In this document: piece after piece, positions 30,501 through 40,106 of the stretch
Numbering within the stretch: the first letter of the stretch is position 1
How the letters are laid out: each line of letters starts with the position of its first letter
IMG/VR virus record: IMGVR_UViG_3300027313_000002
Coordinates: 13,293 to 77,292 of that record
Origin: a virus
DNA: 64,000 nucleotides
Direction: 5' to 3' (one strand)
Notes under the pieces: generated by a model
Seen by the model: the letters and a program-made list of their open reading frames with translations, nothing else
Told to the model about the DNA's origin: nothing
Database searches by the model: none
Program-made: the position numbers and the translations under genes

Positions 30501-32082
30501 ATGGCGGTCTCGACCACGGCATCCAGGGCGAAGTGCCAGGCGTGGATAGAGCCGATGAACCCGGTCGTGCCGAGCAGGCCGGCGAAGACCAGGACCTTGG
30601 CGTTCAGGAACCCCCAGCCGTTGGCCGCGTTCACCAGCCACGGGGCCATCCAGCCGAGCGCGGAGCCCAGGGTGCGGCCCGTATCCGCGGTGTCCTTGTT
30701 GGCCGCGGCGGCCTCCCGGGCAGCCTGCGCCTGGGCCATGGTGGCCATCCAGATAAGCCGGGCCTTGGCCGTCAGGTCGTCCTCGGCCGCGGCGGCGGCC
30801 CACAGCTCGTCCGCCATGTCCTTGGTGCTCTTGGCCGCATCGTCGGCGGCGGCGGCCTGGTTGCGCAGCGCGCTGGCGGTCGCGTTGATGTCGGCCGGCT
30901 CCTCGGGCGGCGGGGCCGCGCCCGCAGCCGGCGGAGGGCCCCCGCCTCCCCCGCCTGCCGCGCCGCCCATGCCCAGCGTGGGCCCGATGGTCGGCGCGAA
31001 CCGCTCGGCCATGGCCGCCTTCAGCCGGGCCATGAACGCGTTCAGCTCCTCCATCGCCGCGGTGTCGTCGAACTCGGCGGCGAAGGCGTACCGCTCCCGG
31101 ACCGCGCGCATCAGCTCGTCCATCCACTGGCTCAGCTGCACCTGGGCGTGGCTGGTGTCGACGTCGATGACCTCCAGTTCCTCCAGCCTGGCGGGCAGGA
31201 ACCTGTAGGGCTCGATGGCCTTGGACGGCTCGGTGCCCGGGTAGGTGGCCGGCCCGTAGCCGCCCTGGCCGGGCGGCAGCGCGGCTCGCAGCGGCGGCGG
31301 CAGGACGGCGGGCCGGAACGTCTCCGCGCTCGGCAGGGCTGCCAGCGCGGCCCGGTAGACAGCCAGCTGGGCCATGGCCCTGGTGGCATCGAACTGCGCC
31401 TGGGTGACCACGATGTCCGGCAGGCCGGACAGCGCGGCGGCGTAGCTGGCCGCGGCGCTGATGCCCTCGCCGAGCTGGCCGATGGACTCGTGCGTGCCGT
31501 GCACCGCATCCTGGTAGGCCAGCATCGCCTGGGTCTCGGCTGTGATGGCGGTGGTCCGCGCCCGGATGGCGGCGCCCTCCTGGGAGTAGGCGGTGATCTC
31601 CTTCTGCAGGTACGTCAGCCACTGATCCGGCGTGAGATAGCCGCCAAACCGGGCCCTGTTCTCCTGCAGGGTCAGCGTGAGCATCTGCATCCGCCAGGCG
31701 GCGTACTGCTGCGGGGTGGTGAAGCCGAGGTCCCGGGCACGGTTGAGCAGCTCCTGCAGCTGGGTCTCGCGCTGCAGGTCGGCCAGGTGCTGGGTCATGT
31801 CGGACCGGCCGCCGTACAGCAGCTGCGGGTTGGTCGCCTTGGCCGCCGCGCCCAGCTGGTTCAGCGCGGTGGTCTCCTCGCGCATGGCGGCCACGTCGGC
31901 CTTGCGGGCCGCTGCCGCCGCGGTCGCGCCGGCCACCTCGGCCGCCGACTCGGCCTTGGCCGCCTCGGCCATGCCCTGCATTTCCTTCTTGGCGGCCTCG
32001 GCGTCCCGCATCAGGTCACCGAAGTCGGCAATGGCCTTAACTTGTAGATGACATACCAGTACTCGGGTCCCTCATAGGCCAT
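24461..32082 (-). CDS. tape measure protein with NlpC/P60 and lytic transglycosylase domains
   Basis: About 2500 aa, Ala/Trp-rich; YDCSSLV..GDILFF..GHTG; AESG..GLYQI; probable true start ATG 32082 via a 5-nt hop. Confidence 0.9.
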
Positions 32083-32092
32083 CTACGAACTC

Positions 32093-33111
32093 TCACCCCC
32101 CTCCGTGCCCGTTACCGCCGGCGCCCGGCGGCGGGCCGCCGAACTTCGTCATGAACGCCTCGAAGCTGCCCTCGGCGTTAGCCGCCTCCACGCCGCGCTC
32201 CGGATCCGCCTGGACCTTCCCGAACCGCGGGTCGTCCTCGATCCGGTCGGCCACCTTCGGCCCGCGGATGCGGTCCAGCTCGGCCTCCCGGGGATCCTGG
32301 CCGCCCATGATGTCGAGGGCCTGGGCCATCTCGACCAGCGGGTTGCGCCCGCCGTGCCGGTCCGGGTCGACCTGGGCCTGCGCCCCGATGAACGTGCACA
32401 CCGTCTTCACCTGCCATTCGGCCAGGCGCAGCCGGGCTACGCTGTCCCGTTCCCGGCGGGCGCTGATGGCCTCCGCGATCTGCCTGAGCCGGCAGAGCGG
32501 GAGGCCGAGGATGTCAGCGTCGCGCCATCCGTACTCGGAGCTGATGAGGTCGAAGGCGGTGGCGAAGGCTCCTGCGAGGCCAGCTGCTCGGGGCCCGGCT
32601 CCGGTTCCGGCGGCTCCTTGTCCTGCCCGGTCCGGCGGAACAGGTCCATCATGGCCTCCAGCCGTTTTCCCAGGGCCTGCAGCTCCGGCGCCTCCTGCCG
32701 CACGATGACCTCGATGAGGTCCAGCGTGTCGCCCAGTTCCGGGTTGAACAGCGCCTCGTTGAACCCCTCCCAGGCGGCGGCGTTGTCTTCCTTCTCCTGC
32801 TTGGTCAGCTGCGAGTCCGGCTTGTCGGCCAGGCCCGCGGGCTTGCACATGGACTGCAGGAACGTGATGGCCTCGGACTCGGCGTCGGGGATGCTCATCA
32901 GCACGAGCATCAGGAACCGCTCGGTGAACTGCTCCGGCTCGTCGCGGAAGTTCAGCCGGGTCAGCGCGGGCCCGGCGCCGTGGGTGAGCACCCGCAGCAG
33001 CCGGAAGAACTGCCTGGTCCTGAGCCTGACGACCTCGACGGGGAATCCGGTGGACAGCTTGACGGTGACAGGCTGCGGGTCGAGTCGCTCCAGCTCGCTC
33101 TCGTCCGGCAT
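32093..33111 (-). CDS. tail assembly chaperones G/GT with -1 frameshift
   Basis: G GGA AAA at 32665-32671 joins ORF 32437-33111 to the frame ending at 32093. Confidence 0.85.
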
Positions 33112-33166
33112 GCGGGCCTCCCGGGGCCTCTAGACGTTTCCCCGGCTATCGACACCCGGCTGCGGG

Positions 33167-33805
33167 CTAGACGATGGTGCCGCCGCCGGCGCCGAACGGC
33201 TCGGCGACGAACGCTCCGGTCACGCTGCCCGGCCAGGAGACCAGCCGGCCGATGGATTTCGGATAGGCAGCGGGCAGCGCCCCGCCTATTTCATTGACTG
33301 CCGAGAAAAGCGCCCGGCCTGCAATTGAGCAGGACAATCCGGTCTTATAGCTCGGACCGGTGAAGTTGAAAGGCTGGAACTGGACCGCATACAAAACGAA
33401 GTCCAATGTCCTGACTTGACCGCCCGCATCCTTTGACGGGACACGAATGGCAAGAGGCCAGGTAGGCTGGTTCATAGACGCCAATGTCCAGAGCGGGATC
33501 GCGTAATAGTCTGCGCCCGCAGCGCCCGAGGAGGTGACCGTCGTCCCGGTGATCAGTGCAATTGTAGAGAAGGGGATAAACCCTTCTTCAATTGTCACGT
33601 TGGCGAAGTTGATCCAGAAATGCTCGCTCAGGACGACATCATCACCGGTATTTTCAAAGTTCCCCTGGTCGGTGCTTATCGTACCGTTTCTCACGCCGTA
33701 GACCGTAGAGGCCTCCGCGCCGGTCGTGCCGCTCAGGATGGCAGCGTGGCTGAGGCTGAAGCCCTCGAAGGGGGTGCCCGGATACGAGCTGCTGAGGTTG
33801 GCCAT
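33167..33805 (-). CDS. major tail tube protein
   Basis: MANLSSSYPGTPFEGFS after AGGAGG; directly upstream of the chaperones. Confidence 0.8.
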   Translation of the reverse strand: MANLSSSYPGTPFEGFSLSHAAILSGTTGAEASTVYGVRNGTISTDQGNFENTGDDVVLSEHFWINFANVTIEEGFIPFSTIALITGTTVTSSGAAGADYYAIPLWTLASMNQPTWPLAIRVPSKDAGGQVRTLDFVLYAVQFQPFNFTGPSYKTGLSCSIAGRALFSAVNEIGGALPAAYPKSIGRLVSWPGSVTGAFVAEPFGAGGGTIV

Positions 33806-33858
33806 GCCCGCGTGCCCTCCTGGGTCGGCGAGTTGCGTCAGCCTGGATAATCGGCCGG

Positions 33859-34077
33859 CTACGGGCAGCCGGGCAGTTGCAGCTGCGCAGGGTGCTGGCC
33901 GAGCGCGAACAGCTCGGCCAGCTGCCGGTCGTCGATGACGCAGACGTCGGTCTGGACATGCCGGACGACCATCAGGACCTCCAGCGACCAGACCGCGGCG
34001 CCGCCGAGCGCGCAGCCGACGATGACGGCCGTCACGACGGCCACGGCGAAAAACCACCATGGCGGCCCGGCCCTCAG
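33859..34077 (-). CDS. small membrane protein (CTG start)
   Basis: CTGA overlap with the upstream stop; one TM helix. Confidence 0.5.
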   Translation of the reverse strand: MRAGPPWWFFAVAVVTAVIVGCALGGAAVWSLEVLMVVRHVQTDVCVIDDRQLAELFALGQHPAQLQLPGCP

Positions 34078-34394
34078 TGCGTGAGGCGCAGGTGCAGCCA
34101 CACCGTCAGGAACACCACCAGCAGCGGCAGCAGCAGGCTCGTCAGCAAGATGGTTGCCAGCGTCCATATACGACTCCTCCGGGACTCGATCTGGCCGGCT
34201 ATGCCATCGACCCTGATGGCCAGGGTCCGGCGGTTCTCCTCCGCGGTCGCCACCGACCGCTCGGTGGCCTCGATCCGGGTGAACTGCTCCGCCGTGTCGC
34301 TCTCCACGCCATCGAGCCGGTGCAGCACCGCCCGCTGAGCTTCCTGCCATCGTCCCCAGGTAACCGCCTGGTCATCAGGGCGAGCATTCGGCAT
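34074..34394 (-). CDS. coiled-coil plus C-terminal TM protein, possibly lysis-associated
   Basis: LATILLTSLLLPLLVVFLTVWL. Confidence 0.6.
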   Translation of the reverse strand: MPNARPDDQAVTWGRWQEAQRAVLHRLDGVESDTAEQFTRIEATERSVATAEENRRTLAIRVDGIAGQIESRRSRIWTLATILLTSLLLPLLVVFLTVWLHLRLTH

Positions 34395-34395
34395 G

Positions 34396-35223
34396 CTAGG
34401 CCGCCGGGAGAGCCAGGGTGCCGCCGGTCAGCTGGTGGAAGTCCGCGGCCAGCGCCTGCTTGTCGACGCCGTACTCGAAGGCCACAGCGCCCAGGTGCTC
34501 GGGCCAGATGCACACCCAGGCCTCCTCAGCCTGGGCGGTCCAGTACGCGTCGGTGAAGCTGGTCTCCTGCGCCCAGGTGATGAACCGCTCATCGCCGCCG
34601 AGCGGGCCCGCCCCGGGCGTCCCGTAGCCCCCGGTGAGGACCGAGTGCCCGCCCTCGGCCGCGCTGCCCGCCACCAGGTCCCACGGCTGGCCGGCCTGGA
34701 ACTGGGCGAGATTGGCTGCCAGCACGTTGACCCCGGTCCAGACATACCCGAAGATCGCGATGGCCGCCTTGACCTCAGCGGCGTCCTGCGGGTTGACCGC
34801 GCCGAACGCGACCGCCTTCACCCCGTCCGGGCCGCCGACACGGACCAGGGCCTCCAGCGCGGTCTGGATGTCCATGCCGGCGTCGGCCTGGCTGCCGGGC
34901 CCGTCGGCGGCCGGGGAGCCCGCGGGGTCGAAGCCCGGGTTCTGGGTCCTGTAAAACTGCCAGACCTGGTCCTGGTCCGGGTAATGCCCTGGCGGGGCAA
35001 GCAGGGTGGTGACCAGCCGCCGGGCGTTGGCCCAGGTGACGGCCACGCAGTCCCCGGCCTCGCCGTTGCCGAGCACCTGCCAGCCGCCGTGCAGCTGGGC
35101 CAGGTAGTCGGCTGCGACAGGATAGCCCAGCGGCGCGCCGGGCGCGGTCAGCCGCCACCGGGAGAACTGCATGGCCGGGGCGCGCTTGGGCGGCCTGCGG
35201 CCATACCTGCCGGGCTGCGGCAT
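34396..35223 (-). CDS. papain-like cysteine peptidase, possible endolysin
   Basis: GNGEAGDCVAV, GGHSV, ITW motifs. Confidence 0.7.
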   Translation of the reverse strand: MPQPGRYGRRPPKRAPAMQFSRWRLTAPGAPLGYPVAADYLAQLHGGWQVLGNGEAGDCVAVTWANARRLVTTLLAPPGHYPDQDQVWQFYRTQNPGFDPAGSPAADGPGSQADAGMDIQTALEALVRVGGPDGVKAVAFGAVNPQDAAEVKAAIAIFGYVWTGVNVLAANLAQFQAGQPWDLVAGSAAEGGHSVLTGGYGTPGAGPLGGDERFITWAQETSFTDAYWTAQAEEAWVCIWPEHLGAVAFEYGVDKQALAADFHQLTGGTLALPAA

Positions 35224-35287
35224 GGGGCCTCCCGGGAAGGACGGAGGGCGGGACCCGCTCTAGAGCCTCGCCCTCCGTATCGACCCC

Positions 35288-36106
35288 TTAACAGCCGTCG
35301 TAGGGAGACCAGTTGGACTGGCCGCCAGCAGCCAGGGCGTTAGCGAAGACCTGGTTCTGCTCGGCCACGCTGGCATGTCCGAAGTCCGCCGGGTTCCCGC
35401 CATACGCCGCCCAGGTGCTGGCGGCGAACTGGTACAGGCCGTAGTGCCCGGTGGCGTTCATCACCTGGGCGTTGCCGCCGGATTCGCGGGCGACCACGCA
35501 CTGGCCGAACGAGCCGCCGGGGTAAGAGCCGCCGGAATACCCGGCGGTGGCGACCTGATGCGGCTGGGAAGCCGGGGCCTGGTAGGCCGGGGCCTGGCGG
35601 GAGCCGCAGCTGACGTCCCATCCGTCGCCGTCGCCGTCGCCGCAGTAGTTCGGGTAGCCGTAGGTCACGCCCCAGACTTTCCCGGCCGGGTCGGCGGCCG
35701 GAGCGGCGGCAGCGGCCACGGCCGCGACCGCCGCGTGGCAGGCGAGGAGGATGTCCCGCCCGGCGTAGATGAGATCGGCGTCGGGGATGTGGTTGGCGGC
35801 GGCCAGGCTGGGATAGTCGCCAGCCGTGCCGCAGAACCGCCCGGAGATGCCCGAGAGCGTGTCCCCGGCCCGGATAAGGTATATGCCGGGAGCCTGGCCC
35901 GCGCGGGCGGCTGCATGGCTCTCAGCGGCTGCCAGCAGGACCATGTGACCGTCCTCCGGCAGCGCGGGCGGCACTGCCGGGCGGGCCGGGACCACCGCGG
36001 CATGCGCGGCCTCCGGCCTGGGGAAGATGGCGGCAATGGCCGCCATGACGGTGAGCACGGCCGCTATCCTGGCCGCGCGGATGAGGGTACAGGCGTGCTC
36101 CAGCAT
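35288..36106 (-). CDS. secreted LysM plus Rpf-like transglycosylase
   Basis: YLIRAGDTLSGIS LysM; CVVARESGGN..GLYQF..STW..EQ..W..C. Confidence 0.9.
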   Translation of the reverse strand: MLEHACTLIRAARIAAVLTVMAAIAAIFPRPEAAHAAVVPARPAVPPALPEDGHMVLLAAAESHAAARAGQAPGIYLIRAGDTLSGISGRFCGTAGDYPSLAAANHIPDADLIYAGRDILLACHAAVAAVAAAAAPAADPAGKVWGVTYGYPNYCGDGDGDGWDVSCGSRQAPAYQAPASQPHQVATAGYSGGSYPGGSFGQCVVARESGGNAQVMNATGHYGLYQFAASTWAAYGGNPADFGHASVAEQNQVFANALAAGGQSNWSPYDGC

Positions 36107-36261
36107 GGTCTCTCCCCGCCCGGCAGGAGCAAGCCGCCGAGACTGCTTCCGGCGCGCCCGGGTCAGGGGGCGCTGCGGACTGGCGTCCTGCGGGCCAGTC
36201 GGTAACGGAACGAGGCGACCCTAACAGCAGCCGGAGGCGTCTCGCAGGTAAACGCCGCAGG

Positions 36262-36519
36262 TCATGGCGTATCTCGGCGCCCGTCGTACTGCTTCAGGAG
36301 CCAGTCCACCCCGTTCACCCAGCCCTTTATGTCGCTGCTGGCGCCGCCCTGCTCGGGGAAAAACCGGTGCCACTTCTCCCGGCGCAGCCGCCTGGACCGG
36401 CCGATGATGACACTGCCCTCAGCGTGCGGGACGCCCAGCCAGATGATGTACCACTCCGCCGGCTTCTTCTTGTCCCCGCGCTCACGGTGGGTGCCGTCGG
36501 GGACGAGCCGCATCCCCAC
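36262..36519 (-). CDS. hypothetical protein
   Basis: Coupled to the lsr2-like stop. Confidence 0.5.
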   Translation of the reverse strand: MGMRLVPDGTHRERGDKKKPAEWYIIWLGVPHAEGSVIIGRSRRLRREKWHRFFPEQGGASSDIKGWVNGVDWLLKQYDGRRDTP

Positions 36520-36917
36520 TAGGCGCCCTTACCCCGGCTCAGCAGGTGCTCCTGGTACCGCTGCTCCAGCCAGTCCGGGTAGGTGAAGGTGCCTTTCTTG
36601 CTGACGAACGCGAGCCGCGACGGGTCGCGGGGATTGCGGATGTCCTCCTTCTCCGCCCAGGCCCGCAGCCGCGCCCGGTACACGCGGCGCTCCCGGCTGT
36701 TCTGCGCGCCGGACACGCTGGGCGAGGCGTCCGGCACGTGGCCTGCCTGCAGGTACGGGGCCAGCTTCTTCTCCAGCGCGGCAAAATTCTCGCCGGTCAG
36801 CTCCAGCTCGATCACCTTGCCGACCCAGCCGAGCCTGACCGTACGGTCTGCGCGGACATGACGGCCGGCGGCCAGCTCCAGGTCATCCCACAGCGCGACC
36901 TCGATGGTCTTAGCCAT
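36519..36917 (-). CDS. lsr2: Lsr2-like nucleoid protein
   Basis: MAKTIEVALWDDL..ADRTV..IELELTGEN..L.PY..AG..RAWA. Confidence 0.8.
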   Translation of the reverse strand: MAKTIEVALWDDLELAAGRHVRADRTVRLGWVGKVIELELTGENFAALEKKLAPYLQAGHVPDASPSVSGAQNSRERRVYRARLRAWAEKEDIRNPRDPSRLAFVSKKGTFTYPDWLEQRYQEHLLSRGKGA

Positions 36918-37362
36918 GCCTGAACCTAGCCTGCGGCACCTCCCCGGGCGCCCGGTCCGTGACCCGCGCGGCCTCCAGCACGATGGCCCTGTAGGGGCCG
37001 CCGGCCCGGGCATCGGCGACCACCCGGAACGTGCGCTTGCCGACCCGGCCCAGCTCCTGCGGGACTTTCTTCCACCTCCTGGAGTACCGGTACCGGTAGA
37101 TCACGTCGACGTCATAGGCGCCGCCGGGCAAGGTGACCGACCACCGCTCGACCATGCCGCACTCCAGGCAGGTCTCGATGACCAGGTAGCACCCGTCGAC
37201 CTGCCGGACCGCCTCCACGCCTTTCAGCCGCGAGCCCTTGCGACGGCGCCTGTCCAGTGCGAACGAGTGCCCGGCCGGGCCGCGGCATTCCACCTCCTCG
37301 TCGTCCATCGAGTCGATGATGCTGGCGAGCCTGGCGTCGTTGTCGGCTGTCACTGCGGTCAT
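36910..37362 (-). CDS. Cys-containing hypothetical protein
   Basis: ECR..GH, CLECG; GGAGGT RBS. Confidence 0.6.
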   Translation of the reverse strand: MTAVTADNDARLASIIDSMDDEEVECRGPAGHSFALDRRRRKGSRLKGVEAVRQVDGCYLVIETCLECGMVERWSVTLPGGAYDVDVIYRYRYSRRWKKVPQELGRVGKRTFRVVADARAGGPYRAIVLEAARVTDRAPGEVPQARFRHG

Positions 37363-37433
37363 GGGCCCCACCTCCCGGCACAGGTGAGCTTAACCCGAGA
37401 CCAGGCCCGCCCTCAGCCAGAGTCTCCGCAAGG

Positions 37434-37742
37434 TCACCTGCTACTACGAGGATCATCCCTGTCCTCGGTCAGAGTCTGGACGAGACAGCCTGCAAGGTCA
37501 TAACGGTGCAGCACCCGCCCGACCCGGACACCTGCCTGCTTCAGCCGGTACTTGCAGTCCTCGCAGGTCAGCTCGATGAGGTTGTCCGGATGCACGTAAG
37601 ACGGGCGCCCGCCGGCCAGCCGCAGCTTCAGCAGCAGGCGGCCCGGCCTGCACCGGCCGCTGGGCAGCTGCTCGGGAACAGGGCAGCGGACCTCGACCAC
37701 AGTCAAGCTCTCCGGGGCCATGCCCCGGCTGATCGTCACCAT
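37434..37742 (-). CDS. Zn-ribbon-like hypothetical protein
   Basis: EVRCP..LLLK..IELTCEDC. Confidence 0.6.
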   Translation of the reverse strand: MVTISRGMAPESLTVVEVRCPVPEQLPSGRCRPGRLLLKLRLAGGRPSYVHPDNLIELTCEDCKYRLKQAGVRVGRVLHRYDLAGCLVQTLTEDRDDPRSSR

Positions 37743-40070
37743 TTACCCGCGCCTCCACCCGGCAGGCGCGGCCAGCGCGGCGATGCCGGCCTCCTCCGGC
37801 TCCCGACGGCAGCCCATGGCCAGGTCGTACACGGCCGCGCCCGGGCCGGCCACCTCGTCGCGGATACGCCGGAACAGCGCCTCGATGACCACCTGCCAGT
37901 CGCACATCAGCGGGATGGTGCGGGCGGCCAGCTCGGCCTTGCGCCGGGCCTCCTCGCGATGCGTGTAGATGTGCCAGATGACGTCCTTCAGGTGCGGCAC
38001 CTGGACCCGGGCGTCATGAGCGGCCCACGGCTTCTGCTCGAAGGTCGGGGCCAGCTCGTAGCCCAGCGGGTAGGCGTAGTCGGCGTTCAGCCACTGCCGG
38101 TGGCCGCCGAAGTCGGTGGCGGCCACCGCCCCGCCCGTGGTCATGAACTCCAGCGCGGGCAGGTTCTTGCCCTCCCCCCTGGACGGCGCCAGCAGCACGT
38201 GCCCGGAGGCGTAGAAGTCCTGCAGCGTGCGGTGGTCGAACGCGTCGACGAACACCTTGATCCGCTGCTCCTCGAAGACCTTGTTCAGCTCGGGGAACAG
38301 GTCTCCCGGCAAGATGGTATGCAGCGCGAAGGTGGCGTTGTCGAAGCCGTCCGGCCATGGGCCCGGCCGCTCGAACTTCAGCTCGTTGAAGGCCTGGATG
38401 GCGGTCCACGGGCACTTGCGGGCGCCGAGCGCGCCGTGCATGAGGAAGCCGAACCGGCCCAGGCCGTCCCAGTCCCGGGTGAGGAAGTGCCACTCCGAAC
38501 TGTCGTAGCCGCCCTGCAGGACGCCGCGGCATACCCGGCGCGGGATGTAGGGCTCCAGCGCGGCCAGGCTCACCTCGTCATAGCCCAGCAGCAGGTCGAA
38601 CCAGCGCAGCGCCGACGGCAGCCGGGTGCGGCCCCGGCAGTGCGGGACCAGCCCGGACACGCCCCTGCCGTCCCTGCCCGGGCCGCCGGCAAATTCCCAC
38701 ATCGTGTTACCTGTGTAGAAGATGTGACCCTCATGCCGGGCCAGCCAGTTCCCGTGCTTAACCGACGGGCACCAGATCACGCCCTGGTACGTCTCTCGGG
38801 TCGGTGACCGGGTATTGAGCACCGCCGTGTCCCGGGAAGAGAGGCGCACCGTAGCAAGGTGCGGATGCTGAGTCCTGTGCGGCCGGGACACCGGCTGGCC
38901 GGCCAGCACGCAGGCAGCCACGAAAGCATCCAAGCGAGGCCCGCGAGCCTGCGAGAAAACCCGCTCGCTCTCGCATTCATGCCCGTCAGCCAGCAGGCTG
39001 ACCTTAATGAACAGCTCCAGCTGAGCTGGCGTAAGCGACAGCAGGAACCTCATCGACGGCACTTTGCCCGGGCAGGCGGCAAGGACCTCCTGAGACACCG
39101 GGCGAGAGATATTGAAGATGATCATCCCGTCCGGCTTAGGTGGCGCCTCGGTCCAGGTCTGATACCCAGCCCGCTGCCCGAGAGCGCCCCGACCGGATTC
39201 ACGCATGTAGCAGGTGTGGCACAGCCCGCGCGCCCGGGTGACCCGGCCGAGGCTGTCTGGCTTAGTGCTACCGCACAAGTCGCATGCCTCGGGCTTCCCG
39301 TTCGGCTGAGCCGGTCCGCACAGAGCCAGCAGCGCCGCGCGGATGCGCTGCGTCTTGGACGGGTTGACGCGCTCATTCTGCCCGATGCGGACAGACTTCC
39401 CGCGCTCCAGCCATCCCTCGGTGTAGGTCCAGGCGACCAGCTCAACGAACGCATCCGTGTACTTGGACTCTTGCGGCAGCTGAGCGCACGGCACGCTGCG
39501 GATGATCTGGTCACCCGCCTTCAAGGCCGCCGACGTCCGCCAGGCCAGGTGCTGCGCCGCGTCCCGGATGAGCCAACGGTGCGACGGGTTAGTCAGCGAC
39601 TCGTGCCCGGGCGCCTTCAGGCGCACCATCTCGTGGCACGCATCGCCCGACCGGTAAACATCCCGGATGTCCTGCCATTCAGACAAGCCGGTCGCCGGAT
39701 TGATCCCGAGTGCCTGGTCACTGGCCTCGATCTCCTCATGCCAGAGCCAGCCTCGCCTGGTGAAGATTTCCACGTTCTGTGATACGCACCAGGCGACCGC
39801 CACCCTGGTAGCCAGGCGCGCCTCCCTGGTGATGTACAGGTGAGCGGGATCCCAGTGATTGATCAGCAAGTCGAACGGCGGCTTCAGCTCGCGCGTGAAC
39901 AGGTGCACAAGGTCCCGGGGGATGGGCACATCGAGCCAGGTGGGCTGCGGGTACACCTCGCAGCCCCAGCGGTCCAGCCCCCGGATGAGGCCCCAGCCGT
40001 CAGTGCCGTACCCAGAGAACTCGCTAAACGGGCTCTTGACGATGACCTTCAGCGGGCGGTCAGCAGGCAC
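37743..40070 (-). CDS. GT4-like glycosyltransferase interrupted by an intein
   Basis: FSGYG, AW|TMWE, PSRGEGKNLPALEF. Confidence 0.85.
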   Translation of the reverse strand: MPADRPLKVIVKSPFSEFSGYGTDGWGLIRGLDRWGCEVYPQPTWLDVPIPRDLVHLFTRELKPPFDLLINHWDPAHLYITREARLATRVAVAWCVSQNVEIFTRRGWLWHEEIEASDQALGINPATGLSEWQDIRDVYRSGDACHEMVRLKAPGHESLTNPSHRWLIRDAAQHLAWRTSAALKAGDQIIRSVPCAQLPQESKYTDAFVELVAWTYTEGWLERGKSVRIGQNERVNPSKTQRIRAALLALCGPAQPNGKPEACDLCGSTKPDSLGRVTRARGLCHTCYMRESGRGALGQRAGYQTWTEAPPKPDGMIIFNISRPVSQEVLAACPGKVPSMRFLLSLTPAQLELFIKVSLLADGHECESERVFSQARGPRLDAFVAACVLAGQPVSRPHRTQHPHLATVRLSSRDTAVLNTRSPTRETYQGVIWCPSVKHGNWLARHEGHIFYTGNTMWEFAGGPGRDGRGVSGLVPHCRGRTRLPSALRWFDLLLGYDEVSLAALEPYIPRRVCRGVLQGGYDSSEWHFLTRDWDGLGRFGFLMHGALGARKCPWTAIQAFNELKFERPGPWPDGFDNATFALHTILPGDLFPELNKVFEEQRIKVFVDAFDHRTLQDFYASGHVLLAPSRGEGKNLPALEFMTTGGAVAATDFGGHRQWLNADYAYPLGYELAPTFEQKPWAAHDARVQVPHLKDVIWHIYTHREEARRKAELAARTIPLMCDWQVVIEALFRRIRDEVAGPGAAVYDLAMGCRREPEEAGIAALAAPAGWRRG
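38706..39788 (-). mobile_element. 361-aa intein with LAGLIDADG endonuclease
   Basis: Starts CVSQNVEIFTRRGW, ends HIFYTGN with +1 Thr; TEGW and LLADGH motifs. Confidence 0.9.
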
Positions 40071-40106
40071 GGCGAATCCCCCATCCCCTCCGGCGCGCGG
40101 GATTCC

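Noticed and set aside
16638-32047. Long plus-strand ORFs (e.g. 16638-19007, 19296-22136, 25040-28216)
   Set aside because: Antisense shadows of GC3-rich tail genes, with no motifs
32665-32671. Tail chaperone -1 frameshift as a novelty
   Set aside because: Canonical G GGA AAA site common in long-tailed phages; listed as a feature only
36107-36260. c-di-AMP (ydaO) riboswitch before the rpf-like gene
   Set aside because: Expected by context, but the GCUGAAUCC, GGGGAACC and GUCAGCUAAC signatures are absent
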